The translations under genes and the position numbers were made by a program. From positions 1-24,000 of the forward strand of contig JAIXPW010000047.1 in the NCBI GenBank assembly GCA_027485995.1: a stretch of 24,000 nt of DNA. Direction: 5' to 3'. The stretch is from Verrucomicrobiaceae bacterium (lineage in GTDB: Bacteria > Verrucomicrobiota > Verrucomicrobiia > Verrucomicrobiales > Akkermansiaceae). Below, in pieces: positions 6,907 to 16,676 of this stretch. Each line of letters begins with the position of its first letter. Position 1 is the first letter of the stretch. The notes beneath the pieces are model-generated. The model ran no database searches, had not been told where the DNA came from, and saw only the letters and a program-made list of their open reading frames with translations.

Positions 6907-9740
6907 CAAGCCCCCGCTGCCGCGTAGGCCTCCACGCTGTCACAGGTGCAGACCAGGTTGCGGTCGCCGTGAACGTTGTCGATCCTGCCCACCGATGGCC
7001 AGAACTTGTGTTGGCGCAGTCCTGGCAGCGGATAAGCCGCCTGCTCGCGGGAGTAGCCATGGGACCACTCGTCGGCACAGATCACTTCCGCCGGATGCGG
7101 GGCGTTCTTGAGCGGGTTGTCATGGGCATCGGCCTCGCCGTTGATCACGGCCATGATTTCACCATGGATCGCAATCATTGAGTCGCAGAAGCGGTCGATC
7201 TCGACCTTCGACTCGGACTCAGTTGGCTCGATCATCAGGGTCCCGCCGACCGGCCAGCTCATGGTGGGCGCGTGGAAACCGTAATCCATCAGGCGCTTTG
7301 CCACGTCCTCGACGGTGATGCCACTCTTGTCGCTGAGCGGGCGCACGTCGATGATGCACTCGTGGGCGACGAGACCCAGGTTTCCCGTGTAAAGGATCGG
7401 ATAGAACGGAGCCAGGCGCTTGGCCGCGTAGTTGGCGGTCAGGATGGCGGTGGCTGTCGCATCCTTGAGACCGCCCGCGCCCATCATGGCGATATACATC
7501 CAGGAAATCGTGTTGATCGAAGCGCTGCCCCAAGGCGCAGAGCAGACCGAGCCCTCGGCCCCATTGAGTTCACGATGCCCGGGAAGATAAGGCACGAGCT
7601 GCTTGGCCACGCCGATCGGTCCCACACCAGGACCACCACCGCCGTGAGGGATGCAGAAGGTCTTGTGAAGGTTGAGATGGCAGACGTCCGCGCCAATGAA
7701 TCCAGGGCTGGTGAGGCCGACCTGGGCATTCATGTTGGCTCCGTCCATGTAAACCTGTCCGCCTGCGGCATGGATCTTCTCACAGATCTCGACGATGGTT
7801 TCCTCGAAGACTCCGTGGGTCGAAGGATAGGTCACCATCAGGCAGGAAAGGTTTTCCCGGTGCTCCGCGATGCGGGCCTCAAGGTCGCCAACGTCGATGT
7901 TGCCCTTGTCGTCGCATTTCACGCCAACGACCTTCATGCCGGTCATCACGGCCGAGGCCGGATTGGTGCCGTGGGCGGAAACCGGGATGAGGCAGACATT
8001 GCGATGCGAATCGCCGCGCGCGAGATGATAGCGGCGGATGGCGAGCAGTCCGGCGTACTCGCCTTGTGATCCCGCATTGGGCTGGAGGGAAACGGCTGCG
8101 AAGCCGGTGATGGTGGCAAGCCAATCCTCGAGCAAGGTGAGCATCTCCCGATAGCCCTTGCTTTGGTCGGCCGGGACGAAGGGATGGATCGAGGAAACCT
8201 CGGGCCAGCTCAGCGGCATCATCTCGGCCGTGGCGTTGAGTTTCATCGTGCAGGACCCCAGCGCGATCATCGAGTCGTTGAGAGCGAGGTCCTTCGATTC
8301 GAGGCGCTTCAGGTAGCGGAGCATCTCGGTTTCCGAATGGAAGCGGTTGAACGCGGCCTGGGTCAGGAAGGGAGTGTCGCGGGAAAGCTCGACGGGCCAG
8401 GCAACCGCGGCGACATCCGGCAGGTCCCCTGCTCCACCGAAGGCGGAGATGACAAGAAGGACATCGCCTTCGGAAGTGGTTTCATCGAAGGAAATGCCGA
8501 CATGGTCCGGACCCAGGTTGCGGAGGTTGACTCCGGCACGGAGGGCACGCTCGTGGACCTCCGCAGCCTTTCCTGGAACGATGGCCACGAGGGTGTCGAA
8601 GAATGGCCCGGACTCGGTCTCGATGCCGGCGGTGGCGAGCAGTGACTTGAGCTGTGCTGTGCGGGCGTGGACCGTGTGCGCGATGTGCTTGAGCCCTTCG
8701 GGTCCATGATAGACCGCATACATCGAAGCCATCACCGCCAGCAGGACCTGGGCGGTGCAGATGTTGGAGGTCGCCTTGTCACGACGAATGTGCTGCTCGC
8801 GGGTCTGAAGCGAAAGGCGATAGCCAGGCTTGCCACGTGAATCGATCGAGATGCCGATCAGGCGGCCCGGCATCTTGCGCTTGAGCTCATCGCGACAGGC
8901 CATGAAGGCCGCGTGAGGACCACCGAAGCCCATTGGGACACCAAAGCGCTGGCTCGAACCGATGCAGATGTCTGCGCCGAAACGACCGGGGGCCTTCAGG
9001 ATTGTTAGAGCGAGAAGATCGGCGGCCACGATGGTCACCGCACCAGCGGCATGAGCCTTGTCGAAAAAAGCGGTGAAGTCGTCGATACGTCCACGGGTGT
9101 CCGGATACTGGACGATGACGGCGAAAAGATTGACCGTGGTGGAAGGCTCGAAGGTCGCCCAGTCACCTACGATGACCTCGATGCCCAGCGGCTGGGCGCG
9201 CGTGATGACCACGTCGATCGTCTGCGGGTGGCAGCGGTCCGAGACAAAGATTGCGCGACCCTTCGGCTTCGAGGAAAGCGCAAGACTCATCGCTTCGGCC
9301 GCAGCCGTGCCTTCATCGAGCAGCGAGGCATTCGCCACATCGAGCCCGGTGAGATCAGTGATCATCGTCTGGAAATTCAGCAGGGCCTCCAGACGTCCCT
9401 GGGCAATCTCCGCCTGATAGGGAGTGTAGGCGGTGTACCAGCCGGGGTTTTCCAGGATGTTCCGCTGGATGACCGGTGGAACGAAGGTGCCATGATAGCC
9501 TTGTCCGATGAAGGACTTCATCACGATGTTCTTCGAGAAGATCGACTTGAGCCAGCCGAGCGCTTCCTGCTCCGAACGGGCGGGAGGCAGGTCCATCGGT
9601 TGGTCAAGGCGGATCCCGGCAGGCACAGCGGCGTCGATAAGGGAATCGAGCGAATCAAACCCCACCGTGCGGAGCATTTCATCGCGCTCGCCGTTCACGG
9701 GTCCAAGGTGACGGCTCAGGAAATCAATACGGGCAGACAT
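6906..9740 (-). CDS. gcvP: Glycine dehydrogenase (decarboxylating), single-chain P-protein
   Basis: 944 aa; [50 protein letters not shown] and PLP-Lys region [23 protein letters not shown]. Confidence 0.97.
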   Translation of the reverse strand: MSARIDFLSRHLGPVNGERDEMLRTVGFDSLDSLIDAAVPAGIRLDQPMDLPPARSEQEALGWLKSIFSKNIVMKSFIGQGYHGTFVPPVIQRNILENPGWYTAYTPYQAEIAQGRLEALLNFQTMITDLTGLDVANASLLDEGTAAAEAMSLALSSKPKGRAIFVSDRCHPQTIDVVITRAQPLGIEVIVGDWATFEPSTTVNLFAVIVQYPDTRGRIDDFTAFFDKAHAAGAVTIVAADLLALTILKAPGRFGADICIGSSQRFGVPMGFGGPHAAFMACRDELKRKMPGRLIGISIDSRGKPGYRLSLQTREQHIRRDKATSNICTAQVLLAVMASMYAVYHGPEGLKHIAHTVHARTAQLKSLLATAGIETESGPFFDTLVAIVPGKAAEVHERALRAGVNLRNLGPDHVGISFDETTSEGDVLLVISAFGGAGDLPDVAAVAWPVELSRDTPFLTQAAFNRFHSETEMLRYLKRLESKDLALNDSMIALGSCTMKLNATAEMMPLSWPEVSSIHPFVPADQSKGYREMLTLLEDWLATITGFAAVSLQPNAGSQGEYAGLLAIRRYHLARGDSHRNVCLIPVSAHGTNPASAVMTGMKVVGVKCDDKGNIDVGDLEARIAEHRENLSCLMVTYPSTHGVFEETIVEICEKIHAAGGQVYMDGANMNAQVGLTSPGFIGADVCHLNLHKTFCIPHGGGGPGVGPIGVAKQLVPYLPGHRELNGAEGSVCSAPWGSASINTISWMYIAMMGAGGLKDATATAILTANYAAKRLAPFYPILYTGNLGLVAHECIIDVRPLSDKSGITVEDVAKRLMDYGFHAPTMSWPVGGTLMIEPTESESKVEIDRFCDSMIAIHGEIMAVINGEADAHDNPLKNAPHPAEVICADEWSHGYSREQAAYPLPGLRQHKFWPSVGRIDNVHGDRNLVCTCDSVEAYAAAGA

Positions 9741-9822
9741 GTCAAAAGAGGATGATTAAAGGGAGAAGGCGCACTGGTCGAGCGCGCCTTCATGGATGAT
9801 CAGGAATCGAATGAGGCAAGGG

Positions 9823-10200
9823 TCAACCGATCTGGGCCGAGTAAGCCGCCGCATCAAGCAGGGCTTCCACGTCTGCCGCGTTCTTCACGCGGAGCTTGAA
9901 GATCCAACCGCGGCCATAGGGATCGGTGTTGACGAGGGCCGGATCGGCTTCGACGTCGAGATTGACCTCGACCACCTCGCCACCGATCGGTGCGTAGATG
10001 TCGCTGGCGGCCTTCACGGACTCAACCACGGCGGTCGGATCACCTGCATCGACCGCGCGGCCCACGAGCGGCAGTTCGACGAACACCACGTCGGTGAGTT
10101 CTTCCTGGGCGTGATCGGAAATGCCCACGGTGGCAATGTCGCCTTCGAGGCGGACCCACTCATGGGAGGAATTGTAACGGAGGTCGGATGGAACATTCAT
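9823..10200 (-). CDS. gcvH: Glycine cleavage system H protein
   Basis: 125 aa; [32 protein letters not shown] and lipoyl-lysine region [24 protein letters not shown]. Confidence 0.96.
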   Translation of the reverse strand: MNVPSDLRYNSSHEWVRLEGDIATVGISDHAQEELTDVVFVELPLVGRAVDAGDPTAVVESVKAASDIYAPIGGEVVEVNLDVEADPALVNTDPYGRGWIFKLRVKNAADVEALLDAAAYSAQIG

Positions 10201-10226
10201 GGTCGAAGTAACGGAACGCGCCGATG

Positions 10227-11312
10227 TCAGGCTTTTGCCGCGGGCTTGTAAAACGGTTTCTTCACGACTTTCGCCGGGTTGAGCCGGCCCCGGACGTCGA
10301 TGCGCACTTCAGTGCCGAGTTTCGTCCAAGCGATCGGGAGATAGGCAAGTCCGATGCCGATGCCGAGGCTCGGGGAAAGGACTCCGCTGGAGAGCTCACC
10401 CAACACCTCACCCTCGGGCGAAAGCACCGGATAATGGGCGCGCGGCGGCGCTCCCTTGTCGGTGTAGGCGAGCGCCACAAGGCGAACCTCGGTGCCTTCG
10501 GCCTTCTGCTTCGCGAGGGTTTCACGGCCCACGAAGTCGCCCTTTTCCAGGTCCACGAAAAACCCGAGTCCAGCCTCGATCGGCGTGCGGGTGGGAGAAA
10601 GGTCATTGCCGTTGAGGGGATAGCACATCTCAAGACGAAGGCTGTCGCGCGAGCCGAGGCCACAGGGCTTGGCACCGTGCTGGACAAAGCGCTTCAACCA
10701 ATCGCCACCATCGGCAGCAGGTGAGAAAAACTCAAAGCCATCCTCGCCGGTGTAGCCGGTCCGGCAGACCACGCAGCCGGACGAGGTGAAGGCGATGCCG
10801 TTGCGTGGAGGCAGAGGTTCACCGGGGCACGCAGCCGCATAGACCGCCGGAGAATCAGGTCCCTGGATCGCCATGCCGACCCAAGCATCGCTTTCGTTGC
10901 GGAGTTCGACTCCGGCGTCGAGATGCTTCGACATCCACGCGAAGTCCTCGTCGATCATCGAGGCATTCACCACGAGGAAAAAGTCAGCCTCTCCCGTTCG
11001 ATACGCGATCAGGTCGTCGATCACTCCTCCGTTCTCATTGAGAAGAAAGGTGTATTGTCCCTCGCCGATTCCGAGCTTGGCCACGTTGTTGGCGAGCGTC
11101 CGGTTAAGCCACTCCAGAGAGCCCGGACCACTGACCAGGAACTGGCCCATGTGGGAGATATCGAAAATGCCCGCGGCTCCGCGGACGGCCGCGTGCTCAT
11201 CGAGAATCGACGTGTATTGCACCGGCATGTACCAGCCGGCAAAGGGGACCAAACGCGCACCCAGCTCAACATGGGCGGCTTCCAACGGACTACGCTTCAA
11301 CAAATCAGACAC
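10227..11312 (-). CDS. gcvT: Aminomethyltransferase (glycine cleavage T protein), probable GTG start
   Basis: 361 aa; [46 protein letters not shown] and [17 protein letters not shown]. Confidence 0.95.
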   Translation of the reverse strand: MSDLLKRSPLEAAHVELGARLVPFAGWYMPVQYTSILDEHAAVRGAAGIFDISHMGQFLVSGPGSLEWLNRTLANNVAKLGIGEGQYTFLLNENGGVIDDLIAYRTGEADFFLVVNASMIDEDFAWMSKHLDAGVELRNESDAWVGMAIQGPDSPAVYAAACPGEPLPPRNGIAFTSSGCVVCRTGYTGEDGFEFFSPAADGGDWLKRFVQHGAKPCGLGSRDSLRLEMCYPLNGNDLSPTRTPIEAGLGFFVDLEKGDFVGRETLAKQKAEGTEVRLVALAYTDKGAPPRAHYPVLSPEGEVLGELSSGVLSPSLGIGIGLAYLPIAWTKLGTEVRIDVRGRLNPAKVVKKPFYKPAAKA

Positions 11313-11376
11313 GGCCCGAAGGTGGGTGGAGAGGCCTGTCTTGTCAATCGGACGAAATCATTGAAACTGTCGCCAC

Positions 11377-12162
11377 ATGGCACTTCTTGACAAGATCGAG
11401 AGAAGATTCAGCTGGCTGGCATTCCCCGGATTACTGAGGAATCTCACCATCCTGTGTCTCGTGGTTTATGGCATCGCATGGACGAAGCCGGATTTCGGGC
11501 AACTCATCGACTTTGATCGAGCGAAGATCCTCAACGGCCAATGGTGGCGATTGATCACCTTTCCGTTTGCCCCCTATGGAGCGGGGCAACCTTCGCTGAT
11601 ATCCATCATCTTCATCGCCTGCATGGTGAGGTTCAGCATGACCATCAGCGACACGCTCGAACAGGCGTGGGGAGAAGTCAGGACCACCCTTTTCATCCTC
11701 GTCGCCATTCTGGGCCAACTTGCGGCAGGATTCATCGCCCCCGATTCCATGCCATTTTCCGGGGCCTACATCTTCGGGACCGCGTTCCTGGCATTTGCAA
11801 GGTTCTGCCCGAATTATCCCTTGCTCTTCATGTTGATCATCCCAGTCCCTTGCAAGTACTTCGCCTACCTCCAATGTGCGCTCCTCGGGCTGATCTCGAT
11901 CCTGTCCCCCTCCCTCATTCCCTTCATCCTCCTCTGCCACCTGAACCTCCTCATCTGGATCGTTCCGGGGCTGCGACGCGAAACCAAGCTCCACCGGAAG
12001 TCGATCTCCAACCGCAGGAGTTTCCATGCGAAACTCAGGCCCACTGCCGAGGCATTTCACACCTGTGCGGTCTGTGGAAAGACCGAACACGACGGAGCCC
12101 ATCTGGAGTTCCGCGTCGGCACGGATGGAGAGGAATACTGCGCCGATCATCTCCCCGAATGA
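11377..12162 (+). CDS. Rhomboid-like multi-pass membrane protein with a C-terminal Cys/His motif
   Basis: Several hydrophobic segments, WWRLITFPFAP near the N-terminus, FSGAYIFGTAFLAFARFCPN and KYFAYLQCALLG. The soluble C-terminus has CAVCGKTEHDGAHLEFRVGTDGEEYCADHLPE. Confidence 0.75.
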   Translation: MALLDKIERRFSWLAFPGLLRNLTILCLVVYGIAWTKPDFGQLIDFDRAKILNGQWWRLITFPFAPYGAGQPSLISIIFIACMVRFSMTISDTLEQAWGEVRTTLFILVAILGQLAAGFIAPDSMPFSGAYIFGTAFLAFARFCPNYPLLFMLIIPVPCKYFAYLQCALLGLISILSPSLIPFILLCHLNLLIWIVPGLRRETKLHRKSISNRRSFHAKLRPTAEAFHTCAVCGKTEHDGAHLEFRVGTDGEEYCADHLPE

Positions 12163-12165
12163 AAA

Positions 12166-12191
12166 ACGGCGGAAGGTTTCCCCTCCGCCGT
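12166..12191 (-). terminator. Terminator downstream of yidC, between convergent genes
   Basis: ACGGCGGA (12166-12173) pairs with TCCGCCGT (12184-12191). Read on the minus strand, the stem is followed by TTTTTC. Confidence 0.65.
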
Positions 12192-12208
12192 CTTGAAAAT
12201 GATCAGGA

Positions 12209-14059
12209 TCAGCCCCCGGTGCGTGGCGGACGCTTCTTTTTCGATTCAGTGACATCGATGACCGGGCCCTTGCCATCGGCCTGCATGCGTTTCATGCGCT
12301 CCATTTCCTGCTGCTTTTCCGCCATGCGTTCCATGAACGACTTCTTGCCGGAGACCAGCTTCCGCTCCTTGAGTTCCGGTTCCGGCATCTTGTTGGTGAG
12401 CCAGGTCTGGACGATCGAGAAGATGTTCGTCGTGGTCCAATACAGCGCGAGGGCCGAGGCGAAGCTGTAGCAGAAGAAGAAGAACATGAACGGCATGAAC
12501 ATCATGATTCCCTGCTGGGTCTTGTCGCCGGTCTTGGGCGTCATCGCCATCTGGATGAAGCTGGTGATGGCCATGACAATCGGAAGGACGTTGATGGGGA
12601 TTCCAGCAAGGGTGGTAAGGGTGTCCGGCTGCGAAAGGTCATCCACCCAGAGGAATCCCTGATGGCGAAGCTCCACCGCGTATTGAAGCATGCGGTAGAA
12701 GCCGAAGAAGATCGGGAGCTGGATGAGCATCGGCAGACAGCCGCCGATGGGATTCACGCCGTAGGTTTTATACAGCTTCATCATCTCCTGGTTCATCCGG
12801 TTTGGATCGTCGCCGTATTTTTCCTTCAACTTCGTCATCTCCGGCTGGAGCTTGCTCATCCGCTTCATCGAGCGGGTGGACTTCGCGTAGAGCGGCCAGA
12901 TCGCAGTGCGGACGGTGATCGTGAGGAAGATGATCGCGAGGCCCCAGGCCCATTGATTGCCAAGTCCGCTGAAGGCCTTGTGGAGCCAGTTGAGCAGCCA
13001 GTTGAGCGGTCCGGCAGCGAGGCTGAAGTAGCCGTAGTTCATCACCTCGCTCCAGTGGTTGCCCATGCCTGACAGCAGGGTGTTGTCGCAGGGCCCCATG
13101 AAGATCTGGTAGGTGAACGCCTTTGACTCCTTGCTGGCGAGGGCGAGGGCAGGAAGGCCGAAACCGGCGCTGACCGACTTCACCGGGGCCGCGCCAGGGG
13201 TGATCGAGACATCCCCCGGTTTGGCCCAAAGTTTCCCGGCCTGGGGTTCCTGCGGCCGGATGACGGTGGCGAAGAACTGGTTGGCGACCCCCCCGAACTC
13301 GAGCTTCTCGGAGTCGTTCGTGATGATGGATTTGTCGGCGCCGAACCATCCGCCCTTGAACTTGCCCACATCGTTGAAATGCATGCTGCCCGAATCCCGG
13401 TAGAGGTAGGTCGTCTGCTGGGCCCACTCCTTCTGGTAAAGCGGAGAGGCCTCCCCGAGATAGAGGCTGTAGGCATCGAGGGAAACCGGACCTGCGGCGG
13501 CGTTTTCCAGCTCAAGCGAGAAATCGAGAAGATAAGGCGAGCCGGTCTTGCCATCTTCAATGATCGAAAAGGTCTTGCGGGCGACGAGTCCGGAAGGATG
13601 GGTGCCAACGAAGACCGCCTTTTTCCCGGGAATGGATTTGGCCTCGAGATACGAGTAGGAGATGTTCTCCAGCGTCTGTCCGCCGCCAGCGATGGCACCG
13701 ATCGGACCATTTCCAAAGCGGTTCATCCGGACCCGCTTGTCCTTGCTGCCGACCTCGAACTGGCTCTTGACCTCAGCCTCCTTGATGCCACCGCCAAGGG
13801 TGCTGAGGGTGAAGACCATTTCCTTGGTCTCCAGGGTGATGAGCTTTTCGTCGACTGGAGCAGCGGGTGTCTCACTGCCCAGAACGCCTCCCTCTTTGGA
13901 GGCTCCTGGGGCACCGGGCGTGGCGGGAGCCGTCGGGGTCTCTGGGGGCTTGGGCGCATTGGCGGCAGCTTCCTGCCTGGCCTTTGTCGAGTAGTGGATG
14001 TTGGCCGCCAGCAGCATGCTGCAGGCGATCACGATGAACCAGGTCTTGCGGTCGTACAT
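12209..14059 (-). CDS. yidC: Membrane protein insertase YidC
   Basis: 616 aa; N-terminal TM, large periplasmic domain, then WAWGLAIIFLTITVRTAIWPLYAKSTRSMKRMSKLQPEM and NPIGGCLPMLIQLPIFFGFYRMLQ. Confidence 0.97.
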   Translation of the reverse strand: MYDRKTWFIVIACSMLLAANIHYSTKARQEAAANAPKPPETPTAPATPGAPGASKEGGVLGSETPAAPVDEKLITLETKEMVFTLSTLGGGIKEAEVKSQFEVGSKDKRVRMNRFGNGPIGAIAGGGQTLENISYSYLEAKSIPGKKAVFVGTHPSGLVARKTFSIIEDGKTGSPYLLDFSLELENAAAGPVSLDAYSLYLGEASPLYQKEWAQQTTYLYRDSGSMHFNDVGKFKGGWFGADKSIITNDSEKLEFGGVANQFFATVIRPQEPQAGKLWAKPGDVSITPGAAPVKSVSAGFGLPALALASKESKAFTYQIFMGPCDNTLLSGMGNHWSEVMNYGYFSLAAGPLNWLLNWLHKAFSGLGNQWAWGLAIIFLTITVRTAIWPLYAKSTRSMKRMSKLQPEMTKLKEKYGDDPNRMNQEMMKLYKTYGVNPIGGCLPMLIQLPIFFGFYRMLQYAVELRHQGFLWVDDLSQPDTLTTLAGIPINVLPIVMAITSFIQMAMTPKTGDKTQQGIMMFMPFMFFFFCYSFASALALYWTTTNIFSIVQTWLTNKMPEPELKERKLVSGKKSFMERMAEKQQEMERMKRMQADGKGPVIDVTESKKKRPPRTGG

Positions 14060-14085
14060 GGAGAAAATGGATTGGGCTGGGTGCC

Positions 14086-14367
14086 TCAGCGGGGTTGGTC
14101 GCCATGGGAGCAGGAATTCCTGCGCGGCGGGACGGGGTCATAACCGGAGCCCCCCCATGGATGACAGCGGAAAATCCGGCAGATTCCGAGCCAGCTGCCG
14201 CGCCAGGGTCCGTGAGCCTCGATGGCTTGAAGAAAGTAGTGCGAGCAGGTCGGGGCATAACGGCACCCGGCACCAGGTCCGGCGAGGGCTTTGAGCACCG
14301 GATTGAGAAAGCGCTGGTAAAACCGGACGATCATCCGGAGCACCCAGGTGACGGAACGATCAAGCAC
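14086..14367 (-). CDS. yidD: Membrane protein insertion efficiency factor YidD (start approximate)
   Basis: [64 protein letters not shown]. Confidence 0.93.
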   Translation of the reverse strand: MLDRSVTWVLRMIVRFYQRFLNPVLKALAGPGAGCRYAPTCSHYFLQAIEAHGPWRGSWLGICRIFRCHPWGGSGYDPVPPRRNSCSHGDQPR

Positions 14368-14707
14368 TTGGAGGTCGGGGTGTGGAACCCAGAAGACCGA
14401 GACGCCGGGCCTGCTTCAACCAGTCAGACTCAAGTTCGGCAAAGGAGGCTGTGGCCGCCCCCTGCCGGGCGATGGTCACCAGGTAGCGCTGGAGATCATC
14501 GAAATTCGACGCGTGCTCCCGAACCAAGGCGCGGAAGATGCGGCGCAGTCTGACGCGGTCATGGGCTTTGCCGGACTTCTTCGTGGTGATGAAGCCGGTC
14601 CGGATTCCATCGAGTGAGGAATCCGCAAGCGTGCTTAAAACAACAAACCGGCCGGCTTTCGCCTGACCGGTGGTCCTGACCCTCGCGAACTCGTCGCGAT
14701 GGGTCAT
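14360..14707 (-). CDS. rnpA: Ribonuclease P protein component
   Basis: [24 protein letters not shown]...[28 protein letters not shown]; lies between rpmH and yidD, the conserved gene order. Confidence 0.9.
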   Translation of the reverse strand: MTHRDEFARVRTTGQAKAGRFVVLSTLADSSLDGIRTGFITTKKSGKAHDRVRLRRIFRALVREHASNFDDLQRYLVTIARQGAATASFAELESDWLKQARRLGLLGSTPRPPSA

Positions 14708-14779
14708 GCTGTGCTTGCGCGGAAGACGCATGGCTGGTTCACGGGGAAGCCCAGATCCGGCCCGCGACTCGGCTCCGGA

Positions 14780-14965
14780 TCAGGAGCCGTGCTGCGTGGT
14801 GTGGCGCTTGTAGGGAATCTCAACGCCCTTCGGAAGAAGGCGCTTGCGGCCCTTGGCGCGGCGACGCTTGATGATGTCGCGTCCACCTTTGGTGGCCATG
14901 CGGGCACGGAATCCGTGCTGACGGCGGCGGGTACGCTTGGAAGGCTGATAGGTGCGGAAGCTCAT
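14780..14965 (-). CDS. rpmH: 50S ribosomal protein bL34 with a C-terminal extension
   Basis: [44 protein letters not shown]. Confidence 0.96.
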   Translation of the reverse strand: MSFRTYQPSKRTRRRQHGFRARMATKGGRDIIKRRRAKGRKRLLPKGVEIPYKRHTTQHGS

Positions 14966-15022
14966 GACTGGGTCGCAGGTTGGCGCTAAAGGTGATCCAC
15001 TCCGATTCCGGGGCGGGCGCGC

Positions 15023-15050
15023 ACTCTAGGAACCCGCGAGCACTTGTCAA
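15023..15050 (-). promoter_or_regulatory. Sigma-70-like promoter upstream of rpmH
   Basis: On the minus strand: TTGACA (complement of 15045-15050), 16-nt spacer, TAGAGT (complement of 15023-15028), about 58 nt upstream of the rpmH ATG. Confidence 0.5.
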
Positions 15051-15140
15051 CCCGGCAAATGTTCGGAAATGCGAATTTTTTTCAGCTGCCGGTTGGAAAT
15101 TACACGTGCCCGTCCCTCAGGACTATGACAGTCTTCCGAC

Positions 15141-15638
15141 ATGGACCCAGTCGTGCAAGCCCTGCCTTCACGGAGCAGCAGCTCCGACCCGATGCGCGTC
15201 GAGCCTGCAACTCTGGAGGATCTTCCCGCCCTGACCGAGCTGGTGATGGACCTTTTCGCCAAGTCGGGCGACTTCAGTCCGAACCGTTCGACCCAGGAAC
15301 GGGGCCTGAGCCTGATCCTCGAGCAGCCAAGCCGCGGCCGGATCTTCGTTCTTCGCAATGACCACCGCATCATCGGCATGGTCAACCTGCTTTTCACCAT
15401 CTCCACTGCGCGGGGCGGCTTTGTGATCCTGATGGAGGATGTCATCGTCCATCCCGATCACCGAGGCCTGGGATACGGCACGAAATTGATCGAGTATGTC
15501 GTCGAGTTCGCCCGCCAGAAGGACTTCAAGCGGATCACCCTGCTGACCGACAAGATCAGTGCAGAGTCCCAGAACTTCTTTACGAAGCATCACTTCGAAT
15601 ACTCCAGCATGATCCCGATGCGGATCAACCTCGACTGA
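15141..15638 (+). CDS. GNAT family N-acetyltransferase (start may be 15192)
   Basis: MRVEPATLEDLPALTELVMDLF and acetyl-CoA-binding motif VIVHPDHRGLGYGTKLIEYVVEFARQKDFKRITLLTD. Confidence 0.88.
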   Translation: MDPVVQALPSRSSSSDPMRVEPATLEDLPALTELVMDLFAKSGDFSPNRSTQERGLSLILEQPSRGRIFVLRNDHRIIGMVNLLFTISTARGGFVILMEDVIVHPDHRGLGYGTKLIEYVVEFARQKDFKRITLLTDKISAESQNFFTKHHFEYSSMIPMRINLD

Positions 15639-15645
15639 ATCCGCC

Positions 15646-15906
15646 ATGGGCTGGGAGCATGTCACGGCTTCAGATGTCTTCGCCTTCGCCATGATAGCGG
15701 TCATCGGGGCCAGCTTCGGCGTGATCCTGGTGCTGTTCATTTCGATGAAGAGACATGCCGGTCGGCGCGATGACCAGGTCGATGAGCTCCTGCGCGAGAT
15801 TCATCTGGAGGAGAAGGAACTGGCACGCCCAGTGCCGAAGGCGGAGACGATTGTCCAGCCCTGGGAAAGACAGGCCGATTGGTGGAAGGACGACGAGCCA
15901 AGCTGA
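15646..15906 (+). CDS. Small single-pass membrane protein, function unknown
   Basis: 86 aa; VFAFAMIAVIGASFGVILVLFISMKRHAG, then a charged tail. It closely follows the GNAT gene. Confidence 0.55.
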   Translation: MGWEHVTASDVFAFAMIAVIGASFGVILVLFISMKRHAGRRDDQVDELLREIHLEEKELARPVPKAETIVQPWERQADWWKDDEPS

Positions 15907-15908
15907 AC

Positions 15909-16676
15909 TCAGCGGCTCCAGCCCTCGTGGATCAGCCTCGTCAGATGCAGCTGACTGCCGTGAGTCCCCTTCTTGAATTCGAATTCAGCCGTCACCGGGA
16001 TTCTCTGCCGACCCGTGAAATCGAGTCTGCAACCTGACGCGGGGTCGACCCTTGCAATCACGGGCTGAAGCGAGTCGCGATGCTCCACGGAAACCCAGGG
16101 ACCGTCCACCGCATCATCCGCCGAGAGTCCCTCGGGAACCTTGCTGAGATACACTCGCATCATTTGCAGCGCTGTCGGCTGCGTTTCAACCCATTCGATC
16201 CAATCCATCGTGCCATAGGCGGTGAAGCTCTCCCAATCGAGTCCAAATCCCGCGCCGTCCCAGATCATCGCAAGCGGCTGCCTCTCACCTGAAGAAAGCT
16301 TGAGATCGAAGAATACAAGCACCCTGCCCCGATCTTCCAACAGCTTCGCAGAGAGGATTTCATCCAGCATTGGCAGTGGATGCCGACGCCGGCGATGAAA
16401 GTCCATCCAGAGTGGGCCAACTCTTCCAGGATCGTGAAGCAACGCACATTTCGAGGGATCGTCGGGAGCGCTGAAATACTCCAACAGCCTTGTACGCGCC
16501 AGTTCCTCGGTAGGTGGAATTGTCGGTATCTTGACGGGAGGATCCATAGCCATGGGCTTTCGTCTGACTTGCAGCATGCCCGCCAGCCAGGAGACTCCAA
16601 ACACCAATGCAAGCAGCAGTAGGAGCCGCGAGATGAACCAGGTGAGGCGCCACCTGGAAGCACGTGACCGCTTCAT
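15909..16676 (-). CDS. Hypothetical membrane-anchored protein
   Basis: MKRSRASRWRLTWFISRLLLLLALVFGVSWLAGMLQ signal-anchor-like N-terminus. The start overlaps the stop of the upstream metalloprotease gene (ATGA). Confidence 0.65.
   Translation of the reverse strand: MKRSRASRWRLTWFISRLLLLLALVFGVSWLAGMLQVRRKPMAMDPPVKIPTIPPTEELARTRLLEYFSAPDDPSKCALLHDPGRVGPLWMDFHRRRRHPLPMLDEILSAKLLEDRGRVLVFFDLKLSSGERQPLAMIWDGAGFGLDWESFTAYGTMDWIEWVETQPTALQMMRVYLSKVPEGLSADDAVDGPWVSVEHRDSLQPVIARVDPASGCRLDFTGRQRIPVTAEFEFKKGTHGSQLHLTRLIHEGWSR

Noticed and set aside
9051-9755. 234-aa plus-strand ORF opposite gcvP, and similar ORFs at 8163..8645 and 7272..8069
   Set aside because: All are antisense to the highly conserved gcvP frame and have no motifs of their own.
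10224-10724. 166-aa and 155-aa plus-strand ORFs opposite gcvT (10224..10724, 10923..11390)
   Set aside because: They are shadow ORFs of the gcvT codon pattern, low complexity, with no supported start or motif.
11313-11376. Possible glycine riboswitch upstream of gcvT
   Set aside because: The divergent gap is only 64 bp and I see no tandem glycine-aptamer-like structure. It is too short for a canonical glycine riboswitch.
12662-13427. Antisense and alternative-frame ORFs within yidC (12662..13072 plus, 12768..13427 minus, 13180..13716 minus)
   Set aside because: yidC is clearly coding in its own frame. The alternative frames show only compositional bias.
14966-15140. Possible replication origin near the rpmH/rnpA cluster
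   Set aside because: No dnaA or dnaN gene and no clustered TTATCCACA-like DnaA boxes were seen. The rpmH-yidC cluster alone does not establish an origin.
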